Origin: Histomonas meleagridis 2922-C6/04-290x
Taxonomy: Eukaryota > Protista > Parabasalia
DNA: 64,000 nucleotides
Reading direction: 5' to 3'
NCBI GenBank assembly: GCA_020184695.1
Contig: JAANOX010000126.1
Coordinates: 62,001 to 126,000 of the forward strand
Positions 1-11,774 of this stretch are shown here, piece by piece. The number at the start of each line of letters is the position of its first letter. Position 1 is the first letter of the stretch. Below the pieces are notes generated by a model that saw only the letters and a program-made list of their open reading frames with translations, had not been told where the DNA came from and made no database searches. The translations under genes were made by a program, and so were the position numbers.

Positions 1-164
1 TTAGTGTTTTTTAATTACTTCGTATACAAAACAGAAAACAGCATTTATTTCTTGTGTTGATACAATGCAAAAGTAAATAACATGGCAATCATTTCAGTAT
101 TTTCCCAAATTTTTCCTGATATGTGTTTACTTATGAAAAAGTGGAATGTGGTCCGACTCAGAAA

Positions 165-1490
165 ATGTCTCAGCCAATCGATCTTTCTAATATACTCCAA
201 TTTTTCCCAGAACAGGAAAAATCTACACCTCCATATTTTTATAAGGTTTGCTTATCAGACGAAGTTGCAAGTAAAATTACTTATTCTTTACCACAATCAC
301 AAACTATTCAAAGATCAAATCCACAATTCCCAGCTCTAAAAGAAATCGAAGATGTTGTTGAAACAACACCTGGAACACGTCAAACAAAGAAGAAGGTTCA
401 AACAGCTGCATACTCACCTTATGATTTCAAACAATCTTGCGAAATTCCAATTGATAAAAAGCCTATTGGATCATATGATACTCAACTTCAAACAGCCAAC
501 CTCAAAGAAACACCACAGATCAAAGATATCAAAATTATGGGTACAACAGCTCTTTTCAACAAGAAGCTCATTGGTATTCGTAGGTCAATTAGACATCCAC
601 TTCCAGCAGCCACACCTCCAGAAATAATACCAATTGAAGAAGATCCAATTATCAAAGAAATTGCATCTACTCCATCAGAACAACCTCTTCGTGTATTTGC
701 TACTGCCAAAGCACTTGCTGCCATTGCTGTATGCCAAAGATCTGTATTTCCACTTGATCTTCAATTCCAAAAGAAAGGCAAAGATGTCTATATTATCACA
801 GGCAAGAACTCACCAGCTGTTGTTGAAACATCACTTGAAACCATCACCACCCAAATGGTTGTTCAAAGAGATCGTATGACTTTAGAATTTATGGAGAATA
901 TTAATGAAACATGTAAAGTTAATGAATCATTTATCCAACGATCCACTGAAGGACAAGATCCAATTAAGCTAGGCGATGATTCTCCTCTTCCAACCCTTTA
1001 CCGTAGCATTGTAATTGGCGGAATCGAGTTCATCATTCGCTGTCGCATTGATGCGCTTCTCGATGTGCCAAAACCAGACGAACCCCTCAAATTAGCGGTT
1101 TGTCGTGTTTTCAACGACATACCATCTGTGTTACGTAAGAACCCATGGATGAACCTTGAAGATCGCCGTGGTACCATATTCATCAACGAAGTTAATGCGA
1201 ACTCGGCTAAAGTTGCAAGATGGGCAGCACTTAGCCGCTTAATCGGGGCAGAGAAATGTATGATTGGTTACGCAATTAGAAAGACACCAACTGCAAAGGA
1301 ACCACATATACTTTTGGGTGTGGAACAACATGCTACTGATAAATTCTCTCATGAAATATCACTCACACAAGGAAATATTTATGGCGTCTTAACAACAATA
1401 TTCGGAAGATTACAAGACGCAGATGATGGAAGATACCTGTTTACAAGAGACTCAAAGCAAAAGAAGACTTATAGCATATATCAGCTTTAG
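165..1490 (+). CDS. eIF3d: Eukaryotic translation initiation factor 3 subunit D-like
   Basis: Motifs LAAIAVCQRSVFPLDL, IIRCRIDA and NSAKVARWAALSRLIGAEKCMIGY match the eIF3d cap-binding domain. First in-frame ATG is 165; the ORF track starts at GTG 123. Confidence 0.8.
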   Translation: MSQPIDLSNILQFFPEQEKSTPPYFYKVCLSDEVASKITYSLPQSQTIQRSNPQFPALKEIEDVVETTPGTRQTKKKVQTAAYSPYDFKQSCEIPIDKKPIGSYDTQLQTANLKETPQIKDIKIMGTTALFNKKLIGIRRSIRHPLPAATPPEIIPIEEDPIIKEIASTPSEQPLRVFATAKALAAIAVCQRSVFPLDLQFQKKGKDVYIITGKNSPAVVETSLETITTQMVVQRDRMTLEFMENINETCKVNESFIQRSTEGQDPIKLGDDSPLPTLYRSIVIGGIEFIIRCRIDALLDVPKPDEPLKLAVCRVFNDIPSVLRKNPWMNLEDRRGTIFINEVNANSAKVARWAALSRLIGAEKCMIGYAIRKTPTAKEPHILLGVEQHATDKFSHEISLTQGNIYGVLTTIFGRLQDADDGRYLFTRDSKQKKTYSIYQL

Positions 1491-2017
1491 AGAATTTACA
1501 GACCAAATGGGAATAAAGAACATTTATTCTATGTTTGTTTTTAGGTTAAATAGAACTTTCGTTTCAAAATATTTTGCAGTGTTGCTACTGATATGTATTG
1601 TTATTTTTGGTGTCAAATTTAATACAGTAAAAAATATAAAAAGATACATAAAAACATATAATTTATTAATATATTTAGTAAAATTTGATTTCAAGTAATT
1701 ACAAACATTTTTCATTAAATAAGGAAATTTAATACAAACACGAACATATTTTTTATACCTCACAAAATACTAAGAGTTGTAAGCTTACAAAAATAGTAAT
1801 AAAATGAAAATTAGAATTATAATATATTATATAGTTAATAACCTCTTAACAGGACATTTTAACTAGATAAAGATGTTCTAATTTCAAATCAATTAATTTG
1901 AATTGATATATGGTCAAACAGGTCTGAGTTTGAATTATTTATATCAAAAGTGATAATACCAGCTGCTCGTGGCAAACTGACATAAATTTCAGTTCAAACT
2001 GTCGTTAGTTTGAAGCA

Positions 2018-2353
2018 ATGTTTTTCCTCCTTTTGTCGTTGGGTTCTTGCGCAAAAATAAAAAGAATTTATAAAAAGAGACCAGCAATCTTAAGAACTAA
2101 TGGAGATCCATTTGATGAATGTGATGTATGCTCGGCTGTAACAAGACATGTTGAATGGGCTTTCGAAACCAATTCTTATTCTATCAATGAAATTTATGAC
2201 CATACTATCAATGAAATAGCGTTATATCCAGCACGTTGGCAACCTTTTGCTATAGATATCTTAAAATCTAATTGGGTTAGAATGATCAAAAATCTTTACA
2301 ACAAAGTTCCACTCTACAACTTATGCGTAGAAAAGAAGTACTGTTCAAAGTAA
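2018..2353 (+). CDS. Small secreted saposin-like (SAPLIP) protein, 4-Cys variant
   Basis: Hydrophobic N-terminus, CxxC (ECDVC) near the start, Cx5C (LCVEKKYC) at the end, helical core of saposin length. Confidence 0.5.
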   Translation: MFFLLLSLGSCAKIKRIYKKRPAILRTNGDPFDECDVCSAVTRHVEWAFETNSYSINEIYDHTINEIALYPARWQPFAIDILKSNWVRMIKNLYNKVPLYNLCVEKKYCSK

Positions 2354-2477
2354 TTAATAGGAAAATGCAATAAACATTTTTTCAACATATTTAATTTTTG
2401 ATATCAAAACGTAATTTGTTGACAAACAAAACATCAGCACTGATGATAAAGAAATTTCATGGATGTTCTTAATACAA

Positions 2478-3728
2478 TTAATTGTTGATGCACTTTTGTG
2501 TTATCTTCTGAATTTGTTTTTTAATTTCGTTGTTTATTTGTTGTGAATTTTGCGCTGAATACATATTTATGAGCTTATTTCCTATTTCTATCATTAAACC
2601 CAAAAGCATTTTGACTTCTTTTCGTTCAATTGTTTCATCTGATATAAACTCTTCATTTAAACTTGAACGATTTAATACTTTTGGTACAATATTTATATAA
2701 AATTCAGAAGAATTTCCATTTTCTAAAGAAAAAAATCCTAAAAAAGCGCCATAACATGAATTTACAGAACTTAAATCATCAAAAATCACTTCTAAATATT
2801 TTTCAGCAATTGAATTTACCATGAAAGGATATAATTCTTTAAATTTTGAAAGAATTTTATTAATTAGTTTCACTGAATTCTGTTTTAATATATATTGTAA
2901 ATCAAAATCATTTTCTGCAACCTCATTTGTTAAAATTGGTGTAAGTATAATTGATATGAAATTATTAATATATGAATTTATATCAGCATATTCATTAGAT
3001 ATAATAGCATTAGTTACATCTATAATTCGAAGCATAATTTTGGGAAAACGAATATTCGTTGATATCGAATCTGTTAAAAATTTAATAAAATATGGAATTA
3101 AAATTTGAATTGAACCATCATTAGTTATTTCATTTAATGTGCCTTCAAGTTGAGGAGATGAATGAATAGCTTCAATATATGATATAAATTGGTTTTGTAA
3201 TAAATCTGGAACTAAGTAATCAAGATTTCGTTTTCCGTATTTTTCATCTTTTTCAATTCCAAATGTAACAGGCCACTTTATTTCAGCAGGTGAAACATAT
3301 TTGGGATTAATAGCAAGATTTTCTTTAAGAAATGGCTGGATTCCATTTACAGATAACCAATGAAAATCAAATGTTGTATCTTCAGGTGGTTTCATATCAA
3401 ACACGAAATGGTTAAATTCATTAAGTGATAACATTTTGTCGTTGGTATTGACTAGTATTTCTTGATTGGAAACAATTCCTATGTTTTCATATAATATTGG
3501 ATGTAATGTATTATATCCATATAAAATTTCTTCTCCTTTATATTTTAATGACTCGTTGATGTGCTTGACTTTTAATTGTGCATTATTTGAATGCTTCCTA
3601 AAGCGATTAGAAATTCGAATAAATTCTTTGATATAATTTTCAGCTTCTATAGATAAGAAATTAACTTTTTTATTTATATTATAACCATATGATTGAGCAA
3701 TTGCAGTAATTGTTGCATTAACTGCCAT
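2478..3728 (-). CDS. TAF6: TFIID subunit TAF6-like
   Basis: N-terminal histone fold (TAIAQSYG...RFRKHS...HINESL), FHWLSVNGIQP motif, HEAT-like C-terminal region. Confidence 0.8.
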   Translation of the reverse strand: MAVNATITAIAQSYGYNINKKVNFLSIEAENYIKEFIRISNRFRKHSNNAQLKVKHINESLKYKGEEILYGYNTLHPILYENIGIVSNQEILVNTNDKMLSLNEFNHFVFDMKPPEDTTFDFHWLSVNGIQPFLKENLAINPKYVSPAEIKWPVTFGIEKDEKYGKRNLDYLVPDLLQNQFISYIEAIHSSPQLEGTLNEITNDGSIQILIPYFIKFLTDSISTNIRFPKIMLRIIDVTNAIISNEYADINSYINNFISIILTPILTNEVAENDFDLQYILKQNSVKLINKILSKFKELYPFMVNSIAEKYLEVIFDDLSSVNSCYGAFLGFFSLENGNSSEFYINIVPKVLNRSSLNEEFISDETIERKEVKMLLGLMIEIGNKLINMYSAQNSQQINNEIKKQIQKITQKCINN

Positions 3729-4077
3729 TGGTTGGAGGTAAAAACAACCGTTTTTTCTTGGTGATTTAAACGGTCGTATATCTTTTGTGTTTTCTTGAAA
3801 GAATTTATTATCTCAAAATAATAAGATACATTCGACAAAATTTAAATTAGCTTATAAAAAATTATGTTTTAAAATCCTGGATATGTTGGTGATTCACTCA
3901 TATAATTATTTGCAAATAGACAATATTCTTGTTTTATCGAAGATTCGGTTTTCTTTTTGAACCAAAGCATTATGTATATGGTTATAATTATGAAACAAGG
4001 AAGAAACTCCTCAACAAAAATAAACAAAAAAGGAAACCGTTTAAATAGATTTTTATTATAGTCGAATTACGATATCT

Positions 4078-5472
4078 ATGGAATGGCCTATTCGAGTTGA
4101 CCTCGGGACAGGGTACTACTTGGATGCAACCTTAACAGTCAGAGAAAGCAAGAACGAAGTTATTATTGAATTTATTGATACATTAAAAGAGACAATGGTT
4201 TTAGATACCCTATCTTCATTTCAAATGGTACAATTTGATGAAGAAAATCCATTGAGGATGACTCTTTATGGGAAAAACGTGACCCGCAGCTTTATTTTTT
4301 TTGATGATGATGGGATGTCAAATGTCTGGATGTATTTTCAAATTTTTGTAGATTTCGTATTGGTGTCTAGCAAAACTCGCACATTTATGATTGTTCCCAA
4401 AAAACAACGGTCTTTAAAAGAAACCACATTTGAAACGATCACATCCTTGATTGGTGTTCCACAAAAGAAGACAGAATATCCACGTGAAGTCCCACGAAAC
4501 AAGCCAGAGGCCATCTCGTCCAACTTAATAAGCGAATCTATTTCTTTTTCTCAGTTGTGTTTGATCGGCCCATACAACTATCAAAATTTCTTTGAAAACG
4601 GTTTTTTGAAAAGGGGTTCCATTCATCTTTATGAAATTGAATTCAAAGAAGATTTCATTTTTGATTTGTGGTGTAAACTTCTCAAAATCGAAAAAAGTGC
4701 TCAGGATTTAATTGATTATAAAGATATCCTTTCTCAATGGAAACCATTACCACGGACTCAATGGTGCCATGATTCTTTTCTTCGTACATTTGTGGTCAAT
4801 TTAGAACAAGATTTATCTCAACAAAAATATTCGATCAAATCATTCGAACAATTAACCTTTGAAGTTATATTTTCGAATTACATTTATCAGTTTAAACCAG
4901 ATACTTATGACCCATCATTCTTACGTCTTTTTAATTTTATTTTAACCACATTCATAGTTAATGAAGGTAATAATAAAACTTATAACATCCAAAACGGAGA
5001 AAATATAACATTTGAAGAAGCTTCTTTTCGACTATTTCTGGTTTATTCCAAATTTTATGATATATTTTCTCCGATATTTAATGACAAATTTTTGATGAAA
5101 GAAATTTATGACAAAACAATGCAAACGTTATCTGAGCAATCACCTTCAACATGCGAGCTGATGAAGACATTACAAATCAATGATTTTGAGTTCTTGTCAA
5201 ATCAAATTAAATCGCTTTTAATTTATGACAGAAGCAAAGAAGACTCACAGTTAGTTTTCACGGTGGTGCTGACTTCAAAATCAATTCATATGTTTTTCGT
5301 TTGTTTCTTTGCAGCTGCGTGTATTTTATTACATGGAAGATTAGCTGAAACGCCTTTTGAAAGAATTGATATTATTAAGGAGTTGTTTGTAAGTTACTTG
5401 AGTTGTATTAATTTGAGATTATTGTTGTATAATACAGAAAGATTAATCGAATTGTATTTGGATGAAGAATAG
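4078..5472 (+). CDS. Hypothetical protein, possibly a degenerate TBC/Rab-GAP-like fold
   Basis: 464-aa ORF. QWKPLPRTQW...LEQDL resembles the pre-catalytic segment of TBC1D15-type proteins, but the catalytic R/Q fingers are absent. Confidence 0.45.
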   Translation: MEWPIRVDLGTGYYLDATLTVRESKNEVIIEFIDTLKETMVLDTLSSFQMVQFDEENPLRMTLYGKNVTRSFIFFDDDGMSNVWMYFQIFVDFVLVSSKTRTFMIVPKKQRSLKETTFETITSLIGVPQKKTEYPREVPRNKPEAISSNLISESISFSQLCLIGPYNYQNFFENGFLKRGSIHLYEIEFKEDFIFDLWCKLLKIEKSAQDLIDYKDILSQWKPLPRTQWCHDSFLRTFVVNLEQDLSQQKYSIKSFEQLTFEVIFSNYIYQFKPDTYDPSFLRLFNFILTTFIVNEGNNKTYNIQNGENITFEEASFRLFLVYSKFYDIFSPIFNDKFLMKEIYDKTMQTLSEQSPSTCELMKTLQINDFEFLSNQIKSLLIYDRSKEDSQLVFTVVLTSKSIHMFFVCFFAAACILLHGRLAETPFERIDIIKELFVSYLSCINLRLLLYNTERLIELYLDEE

Positions 5473-5646
5473 ACATCAAACAAAAACGCTTTTTGATCGG
5501 TTTTAATAGAATTGATTTCAAAAATTGTGAGTAATAATGCGGTTTGTTTTACACTTTTTCAAATGTTTATGTTTTACATGTATTGCGACCGTTTGTTCTT
5601 CGCAATCGCACGTTAAGAACGTAATTGACCAGCTATGATTGGCTTT

Positions 5647-5651
5647 CCTTT
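5647..5651 (+). promoter_or_regulatory. M5-type CCTTT initiator-like motif of RPS5
   Basis: CCTTT lies 5 nt upstream of ATG 5657. M5 is a known trichomonad core promoter motif. Confidence 0.6.
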
Positions 5652-5656
5652 CTGTA

Positions 5657-6238
5657 ATGCAGGACGTAAAGCTCTTTGGAAAGTGGTCCTATTCCGATAT
5701 TGACTTTAGCCAACTCGATAAGGCACTCGTTGATTATATTTCTGTCCACGAAAAACAACAAGTTATCCTTCCACACACAGCAGGACGTTATCAACATCAA
5801 CAATTTCACAAGGTCAGTTGCCCACTTGTAGAACGTTTTGTTTGCTACCTTATGTGTCATGGTCGTAACGCTGGTAAAAAGCTTATGGCTATTCGAATCG
5901 TTCGTCAAGCATTTGATCTTATCAATTTAGTAACTGGTGAAAACCCACTAGTTGTCTTTGTAAAGGCTGTTCAGTACTGTGGTGCCCGTGAAGACTCAAC
6001 ACGTATTGGTGTCGGTGGTACAGTTCGTAGACAAGCATGCGATGTTTCACCTCTCCGCAGAATCAATCAATCACTTGCTCTCATCACTGAAGGAGCACGT
6101 AAATCTGCTTTTCGTTCATCCAAAACTATTGCTGAATGTCTTGCTGATGAGCTTATAGCTGCATCAGGAAACACAAATGACAGTTACGCAGTTCGCAAGA
6201 AGGATGAACTTGAACGTATTGCCAAATCCAACCGTTAA
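5657..6238 (+). CDS. RPS5: 40S ribosomal protein S5 (uS7)
   Basis: [29 protein letters not shown] and ERIAKSNR motifs. First in-frame ATG is 5657; 5639 is TTG. Confidence 0.97.
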   Translation: MQDVKLFGKWSYSDIDFSQLDKALVDYISVHEKQQVILPHTAGRYQHQQFHKVSCPLVERFVCYLMCHGRNAGKKLMAIRIVRQAFDLINLVTGENPLVVFVKAVQYCGAREDSTRIGVGGTVRRQACDVSPLRRINQSLALITEGARKSAFRSSKTIAECLADELIAASGNTNDSYAVRKKDELERIAKSNR

Positions 6239-6406
6239 AAAATTTACATTTATTTCATTTGCTTCTTTTTGTCAGTTCCAAAAAATCTTTTCAAGAAATT
6301 AAATAAAACCGTCTTTCCCAATCAATAATTGCTATCGTTGCTAAGAAAATTGTGAATGTTAAATTTAACGTTCGTTTTAAGCTGTTTATTAAAAATAAGG
6401 ATTTGA

Positions 6407-7105
6407 TCACCTGAAAAGAGGAGCAACCTTCGGCTTCTCTGGTGGCTTTGGTCTGGAAAATTGTGAGAAAAGTGATGCAACTTTCTTGGGTTGTGCTTTC
6501 TTTTCAACATTAATCACTGTATCCACATCCTGTTCTTCAACTGTTTCTTTTTCTTGTGTTTGCACCGTTCCTTGTTGTAGCATTCTTTGTACAATTGATC
6601 GCTCTCGTTCAAGTTCAATACTATTTTGTAAACCTATTTTCTCTTTCTGTGCATCTTCTTCAACAGTCTTGGATTCTTTGCCAAGGTACTTAATCATTGG
6701 CCCGCGTTCTGTCATTCTCATTTGAATTAATCCATGATCACGCAAATGGCAACAAAAACCACGAAGAGATTCCCAATATGTAGAATTCATGTGGGTGTGC
6801 TTTTTATCTTTGATGACATGAATATAGACTGTGTTTGCTGGAACTTCCTTGTTTGGAAATAATCTTCTGAGAACGTCCAGAAATGTGCTTTTGAAAGCAT
6901 TTGAATTACTTCTAAGGATACTAGAGCTATTAGCACGGAAGTGGGCCATCATAATTCTGTGTTTATCGCTTTGTACATGTTGTTTAAAACTTCTTTCATC
7001 ATTGCATTGATGTTGACAAATTTCGCAATACCACTTTAATTTTTGAAGCTGTCCGTACTTCATTTTCTTTGATATAAGTTTAGGTTCGGTTTTCGTTTTT
7101 CCCAT
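6407..7105 (-). CDS. KIN17: KIN17-like DNA/RNA-binding zinc-finger protein (short form, no clear C-terminal KOW)
   Basis: LQKLKWYCEICQHQCNDERSFKQHVQSDKH zinc finger plus winged-helix region (HMNSTYWESL). First ATG is 7105. Confidence 0.85.
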   Translation of the reverse strand: MGKTKTEPKLISKKMKYGQLQKLKWYCEICQHQCNDERSFKQHVQSDKHRIMMAHFRANSSSILRSNSNAFKSTFLDVLRRLFPNKEVPANTVYIHVIKDKKHTHMNSTYWESLRGFCCHLRDHGLIQMRMTERGPMIKYLGKESKTVEEDAQKEKIGLQNSIELERERSIVQRMLQQGTVQTQEKETVEEQDVDTVINVEKKAQPKKVASLFSQFSRPKPPEKPKVAPLFR

Positions 7106-7455
7106 CTTTTGGAAAAATCCTCTACAACAATATGTTACAGGACGACCGTTTAAATGCAATGATTTTTTAAAAACATTTATCCGAAATCCAGATCAAAACA
7201 GTAAATTTTACATTTATATACTAAAACAACCAACTACTTTTCGCAAGTTGTTGTCAGTTGATGAACTAATTTATATTAATTTGTCAATCGACAATTAATC
7301 CGAATAAAATTTAAATCCCAAATGAACTTGGTGTTTCCCGAAAGAAACTGAATCTAGTTGGTAAATTTTTTTATGTTTTTACTATCAATCCTTTAGAGAC
7401 GAAAAGATTTATTTTGGTGAACGTTAACGTGTGAGTGAAATAATTAACGTTCTCA

Positions 7456-9042
7456 ATGCTTGGTATTTTTATTTTATGGCCAATTTTCCTCCTGTTAAAA
7501 GGACAAGATCCATATGCAATTTTAGGTGTCCCAAAAACAGCAACACCTGAACAGATAAAAACTGCGTTTCGAGAAAAAACTCGAAAATATCATCCTGATA
7601 GAAATAAAGAAATTGATGCTGAAAAAAAATGGATGCAAATTAATGATGCATATGAAATTTTAAAAAATCCCAAAATGCTCGAGAAGTATGATAAGTTCGG
7701 TATTATTGATGAAACTTTTCAGGAACAATCCAAAGGTACCAATAGTGCAGACAAAATCCGAGACATTCTCTCCAGGGAATCAAAATCACGTGCTTCTCCA
7801 CAAAATCAAATTATTGATCTTACTGATATCAATTTTGAACAAAAAACTAATGATGGTAGGCCATGGATTATAAGTATTTCCAATTCTGATCACAGTCTCA
7901 ACAACTTCAATACAATTTTCCAAGAACTTATTCAAAAAACTGGTAATCTATTTGGTTTTGGACGCATCAAGGAAAACCAGCTATCCATAAAAACACTTCA
8001 ATTTCTTAAAGTTCATCCTCCTCAAATCGTTATTCTTGACAGATCCTCATCCAATCTCATTTCGAGATTCACAGGACAACTAACAACCAACTCCCTTGTG
8101 AGTTTTGCAACAAAATCATCTTCTAAATACATAACCATTGTCAAAAATGACGAAGATATTGTAAAATGGAGAAAATCAAATTTAGATCATCTTCATGTTA
8201 TTTTATTTTCTGATCTTGAAGAACCACCTGAATCTTTTCTTCTTGTTTCCTCCTATTGTAAGTCGAATTCTGTTTTTGCTTTTGCTTCAATTAATGAACA
8301 AAACATTATAAATTATCCACGTGCTCTTGGTTCATTATCAATTGATGAGCTTCCTACATACATCATTTATCGAATGGGTAATCCTCAGGATGATACATTT
8401 GGTGGACCTGTTATTCCGCTTGTGATACCGTTCGAACTTGATTCGGGTTCATTAAGTGCCATCATCCGAAAATTTCGGTTTACGGTTTTTTCAGAGCTAA
8501 ATACGGTTAATTTTCACAAGCTCTGTTCCGACTATTGTATCGTCTATGTCGATGGGAATGAAATAGCTGATGACATAAAGAAAGGCATAAATGACATGAA
8601 TATACCAACTGGAAAAATAAATGCATCTAAAGAGGAAGTGTTTGTTCAGAAGTTAGGTTTAGAAACAGGAGATTTTGTTGTTTTGAAACCAAACTCAAAT
8701 GAATTCATGATTTGGAAAGACGTAACAACATGGATGGAGTTTCGAAAAAGGTATGAGTTTCTTCTGCATGGAATTACAAGTTTTAAAAAAGTTGAATCAT
8801 TACCAAATTTAACTGGAAAAAGTCATTCGACGAAAATTTCATTCATTGACATAAATATAATAATCGAAAAAATCGAAATGACTGCGAAAGTTTTGTTGGG
8901 GGCTTCGCTGAGCTTATTAAAGCAAATGCCTGACTATGTAGTGATGATAATTGTTTTGCTTTTGTTGATAACTATAGGTGAAATAATTGTTTTGTTGTGC
9001 AAGTGTTGCTTTGGAAACAAGAGGAAAGCCAAAAAAGATTAA
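7456..9042 (+). CDS. ER membrane J-domain protein (DNAJC16/ERdj-like: signal, J domain, thioredoxin-like folds, C-terminal TM)
   Basis: Signal peptide, DPYAILGV...KYHPDRN J domain, C-terminal hydrophobic helix followed by a basic tail. Confidence 0.75.
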   Translation: MLGIFILWPIFLLLKGQDPYAILGVPKTATPEQIKTAFREKTRKYHPDRNKEIDAEKKWMQINDAYEILKNPKMLEKYDKFGIIDETFQEQSKGTNSADKIRDILSRESKSRASPQNQIIDLTDINFEQKTNDGRPWIISISNSDHSLNNFNTIFQELIQKTGNLFGFGRIKENQLSIKTLQFLKVHPPQIVILDRSSSNLISRFTGQLTTNSLVSFATKSSSKYITIVKNDEDIVKWRKSNLDHLHVILFSDLEEPPESFLLVSSYCKSNSVFAFASINEQNIINYPRALGSLSIDELPTYIIYRMGNPQDDTFGGPVIPLVIPFELDSGSLSAIIRKFRFTVFSELNTVNFHKLCSDYCIVYVDGNEIADDIKKGINDMNIPTGKINASKEEVFVQKLGLETGDFVVLKPNSNEFMIWKDVTTWMEFRKRYEFLLHGITSFKKVESLPNLTGKSHSTKISFIDINIIIEKIEMTAKVLLGASLSLLKQMPDYVVMIIVLLLLITIGEIIVLLCKCCFGNKRKAKKD

Positions 9043-9789
9043 TTGTTTAGATTTAATAAACTCTATTGCTTATTTAGTTATATGAGCTTCATGGGGAATA
9101 ATATGAATTAAGGAAATACACAAAAAATTCCATTTTTTTAACATATCACACATATAAAATATACTGTTAGCAATTTCATGTTTACATTTTCTATTGAACC
9201 ATTCCAATATTAGTGTGCTTGTTAAAGACAATGAAGATAAAACATTTTATACATTTAGGAATCTCACATTTCCAAAAATTTGTTAATGTTTTCGTTAAAG
9301 AATTTTAATTAAAAAAATTTTTTTAATAAAGTTTTTTTGTTGAAAATTTGCAAACAATTTAATAACATCCCGTATTGTTGGGAACGCAGAGGATGATAAA
9401 GTTATTATACCCATTCCAGAGACATGCAGCTCAGGCTCTTTTCCTGCTGTGATAGGATGAGAAATGTAATATAGATAGACATCCAATAAAATAATTGTAT
9501 AGATATTCACATCAGATATAGAATAAACTTACTAAACTTAGTCCACTTTCATGAAACAGATGTTTTTATATTATGTTTTCCCTCATTTCTCCAAAATCTC
9601 TTCGTGATGTTGAAAAGAAATTGTTTCAAGGTATTAAAGAATATTAGAGAAAATTATGTTTTGCCACATGATAAAATTTAAAAGTTCTATACTTTACTTA
9701 AAGCATCATAAAAAAGATCATTTTTAGCTTGATATAAAAAACTTTTCATATATGAAATAACTTTCATTTCTCTATCCTCACTTTTATAA

Positions 9790-11301
9790 ATGAAACAATT
9801 CATTTTTTTAACTTTATTATATCTTTTTTATAATATAAATTGTGTAGGAGATAAATTCCACAAAAATGATAATGATGTCATTCCTTCACCATCCAGTTTA
9901 AAAAAAATGCAAAAAATTTTAAGAAAAATTAGTTTGGAATCTAGATCAAATTTTTATGGACAACCAAGTTTAAGTAATATAAAAGAAAATGATCAAAGAA
10001 ATTATTGGTTTAATACTAAATCTTTTGGAATGTTAAAAGATAACAAAGAGTCTCAAGAGGAAGCTAGTTCATCATCTTCTATTCGTTTGTTTCAAAATTC
10101 ATTTTTACATCCTCAGTTGTATATTGGCAATTATGATAATGCTAAAGAACATTTTAATGATATTGCATTGGAATTTTTTAAAAAGAATCAAATGCCTGAT
10201 AAAGAAAAAGCTCAGGACTCAGAAAATCCACTGCAAACAAGTATAACTACTTTCCCAGAAGAAATAAAAGCTACTCAAAAAATATTTAGCTTAATTAAAA
10301 GTTATATTAAGAAGGGAAAAACAACAGACATTGATCAAATTGTAAATTTACTGAAACAATATAAATTATATGATGAAGCATACTTCCAATTAATTCTTGA
10401 AGTACAAAATAATCAAGATGGAACTCAAATTAAGGCATGGGAAATCTTACTTGTTTTAACATCAATATTCCCTTCTACAAAAGAAAGTGAACCAATTATC
10501 AAGTCATTTTTTTTGGAAAATGAAAAAGCTGAAGATGATGAAACATCAAATTTAGCACAAATTTGTTATATTCGCTTTTCTGTTAGGTGTCATTTTGGTA
10601 CAAATGTTATGAAACCAGAAAGTGCAATAATAATCATTTACAAATATAGAAATAATATTTGTGATTTTTATTCAACTGCTTATGAACATCTTTGGTTCCA
10701 ACGTGAAACATTTCCTGATTTAAATATTCCAATTGTTGTTAAAGATATGACTCAAAAAATATTATTTAAAGTGTTTATTAGACAACAAGCCGATGTACTT
10801 GGTGTTCTTGATGAAAATGATGTTTTTGTCGAAGATTATCCAATAGATTTTATAAAGAGTTATGAAAATGGAGAAGCTAATTTCAGATCAATTTCTATCA
10901 AACAGTTATGTTATATCTTTACAAAATGGATGAAAAAACAAATTCCAATAATTCCTAATGAATTAATTCCAAAAGTTATTGATGAAAGTAGTCCAGAAGA
11001 ATATTTAATAATCTTGAAAAAAGAATTGGATCCAGTAAACTTGAATCTTTTGGGTCATTTAGCTGAATTCTTCAAAAAATTAGATAATTTTAAAATTATA
11101 ACAGAAGTATTTCTACATGAATTTATGTGGATGATCCTCCCTGATGCTATGAATTATTATCCTTCCAACTGTGTTGAAGATGAAGATCGTTTAAAATTTA
11201 AGGAAAACAGGAATAAAATGATTTTCTTGTTGAGAGATATGATAAGATTATGGGACACAAGCCAATACTGGAGGGTTTACCAGAATTCGGATTCCGAATG
11301 A
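9790..11301 (+). CDS. Signal-peptide-bearing MyTH4 + degenerate RhoGAP-like protein
   Basis: LYDEAYFQLILEVQNN...AWEILLVL MyTH4 signature, GAP-like C-terminal helices without the GIFR arginine finger, hydrophobic leader ending NINC. Confidence 0.6.
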   Translation: MKQFIFLTLLYLFYNINCVGDKFHKNDNDVIPSPSSLKKMQKILRKISLESRSNFYGQPSLSNIKENDQRNYWFNTKSFGMLKDNKESQEEASSSSSIRLFQNSFLHPQLYIGNYDNAKEHFNDIALEFFKKNQMPDKEKAQDSENPLQTSITTFPEEIKATQKIFSLIKSYIKKGKTTDIDQIVNLLKQYKLYDEAYFQLILEVQNNQDGTQIKAWEILLVLTSIFPSTKESEPIIKSFFLENEKAEDDETSNLAQICYIRFSVRCHFGTNVMKPESAIIIIYKYRNNICDFYSTAYEHLWFQRETFPDLNIPIVVKDMTQKILFKVFIRQQADVLGVLDENDVFVEDYPIDFIKSYENGEANFRSISIKQLCYIFTKWMKKQIPIIPNELIPKVIDESSPEEYLIILKKELDPVNLNLLGHLAEFFKKLDNFKIITEVFLHEFMWMILPDAMNYYPSNCVEDEDRLKFKENRNKMIFLLRDMIRLWDTSQYWRVYQNSDSE

Positions 11302-11774
11302 AGCATTAAGTAAACATTTAATGCATTTTTATTGTGTTTGAAAATAGGAAAGAAAAGTAGTTATTGAAAATTATGCTTGTGAATTCCTTTTTAGTTGAAA
11401 GACAAGAAGTTTGTGCATTTAAAGAACAACCTGGCGAGCACAAAAAACAACTCATCGATTCCCCTTAATTATAAATTAATTTCCTTGTTAATTTTTAGCT
11501 CGTATGAACTCAAAATTACAAATTAAATTTGATTTTTTGCATGAGAAATTGAGCCTACAATATGTTATTTTCAGAATTATTTTTTGAAAATTATTAGGAA
11601 CCACCTAAATATATTTCTATCTTCATATAGGTAAGAATAAAATTTTATATAAAAATTAAATATTTTCTGTAATTAAAAAAGAAAAATACATTTCTGAAAA
11701 ATTATTAAAATCAAATAAAAATTGTTATAAGAATTTTAGAACTATAAGTAACGATTTGGAATTGTATATTAAAT

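Noticed and set aside
82-339. 85-aa ORF or frameshifted N-terminal extension of eIF3d
   Set aside because: ATG 165 gives an N-terminus that already aligns with eIF3d (PEQ...PY).
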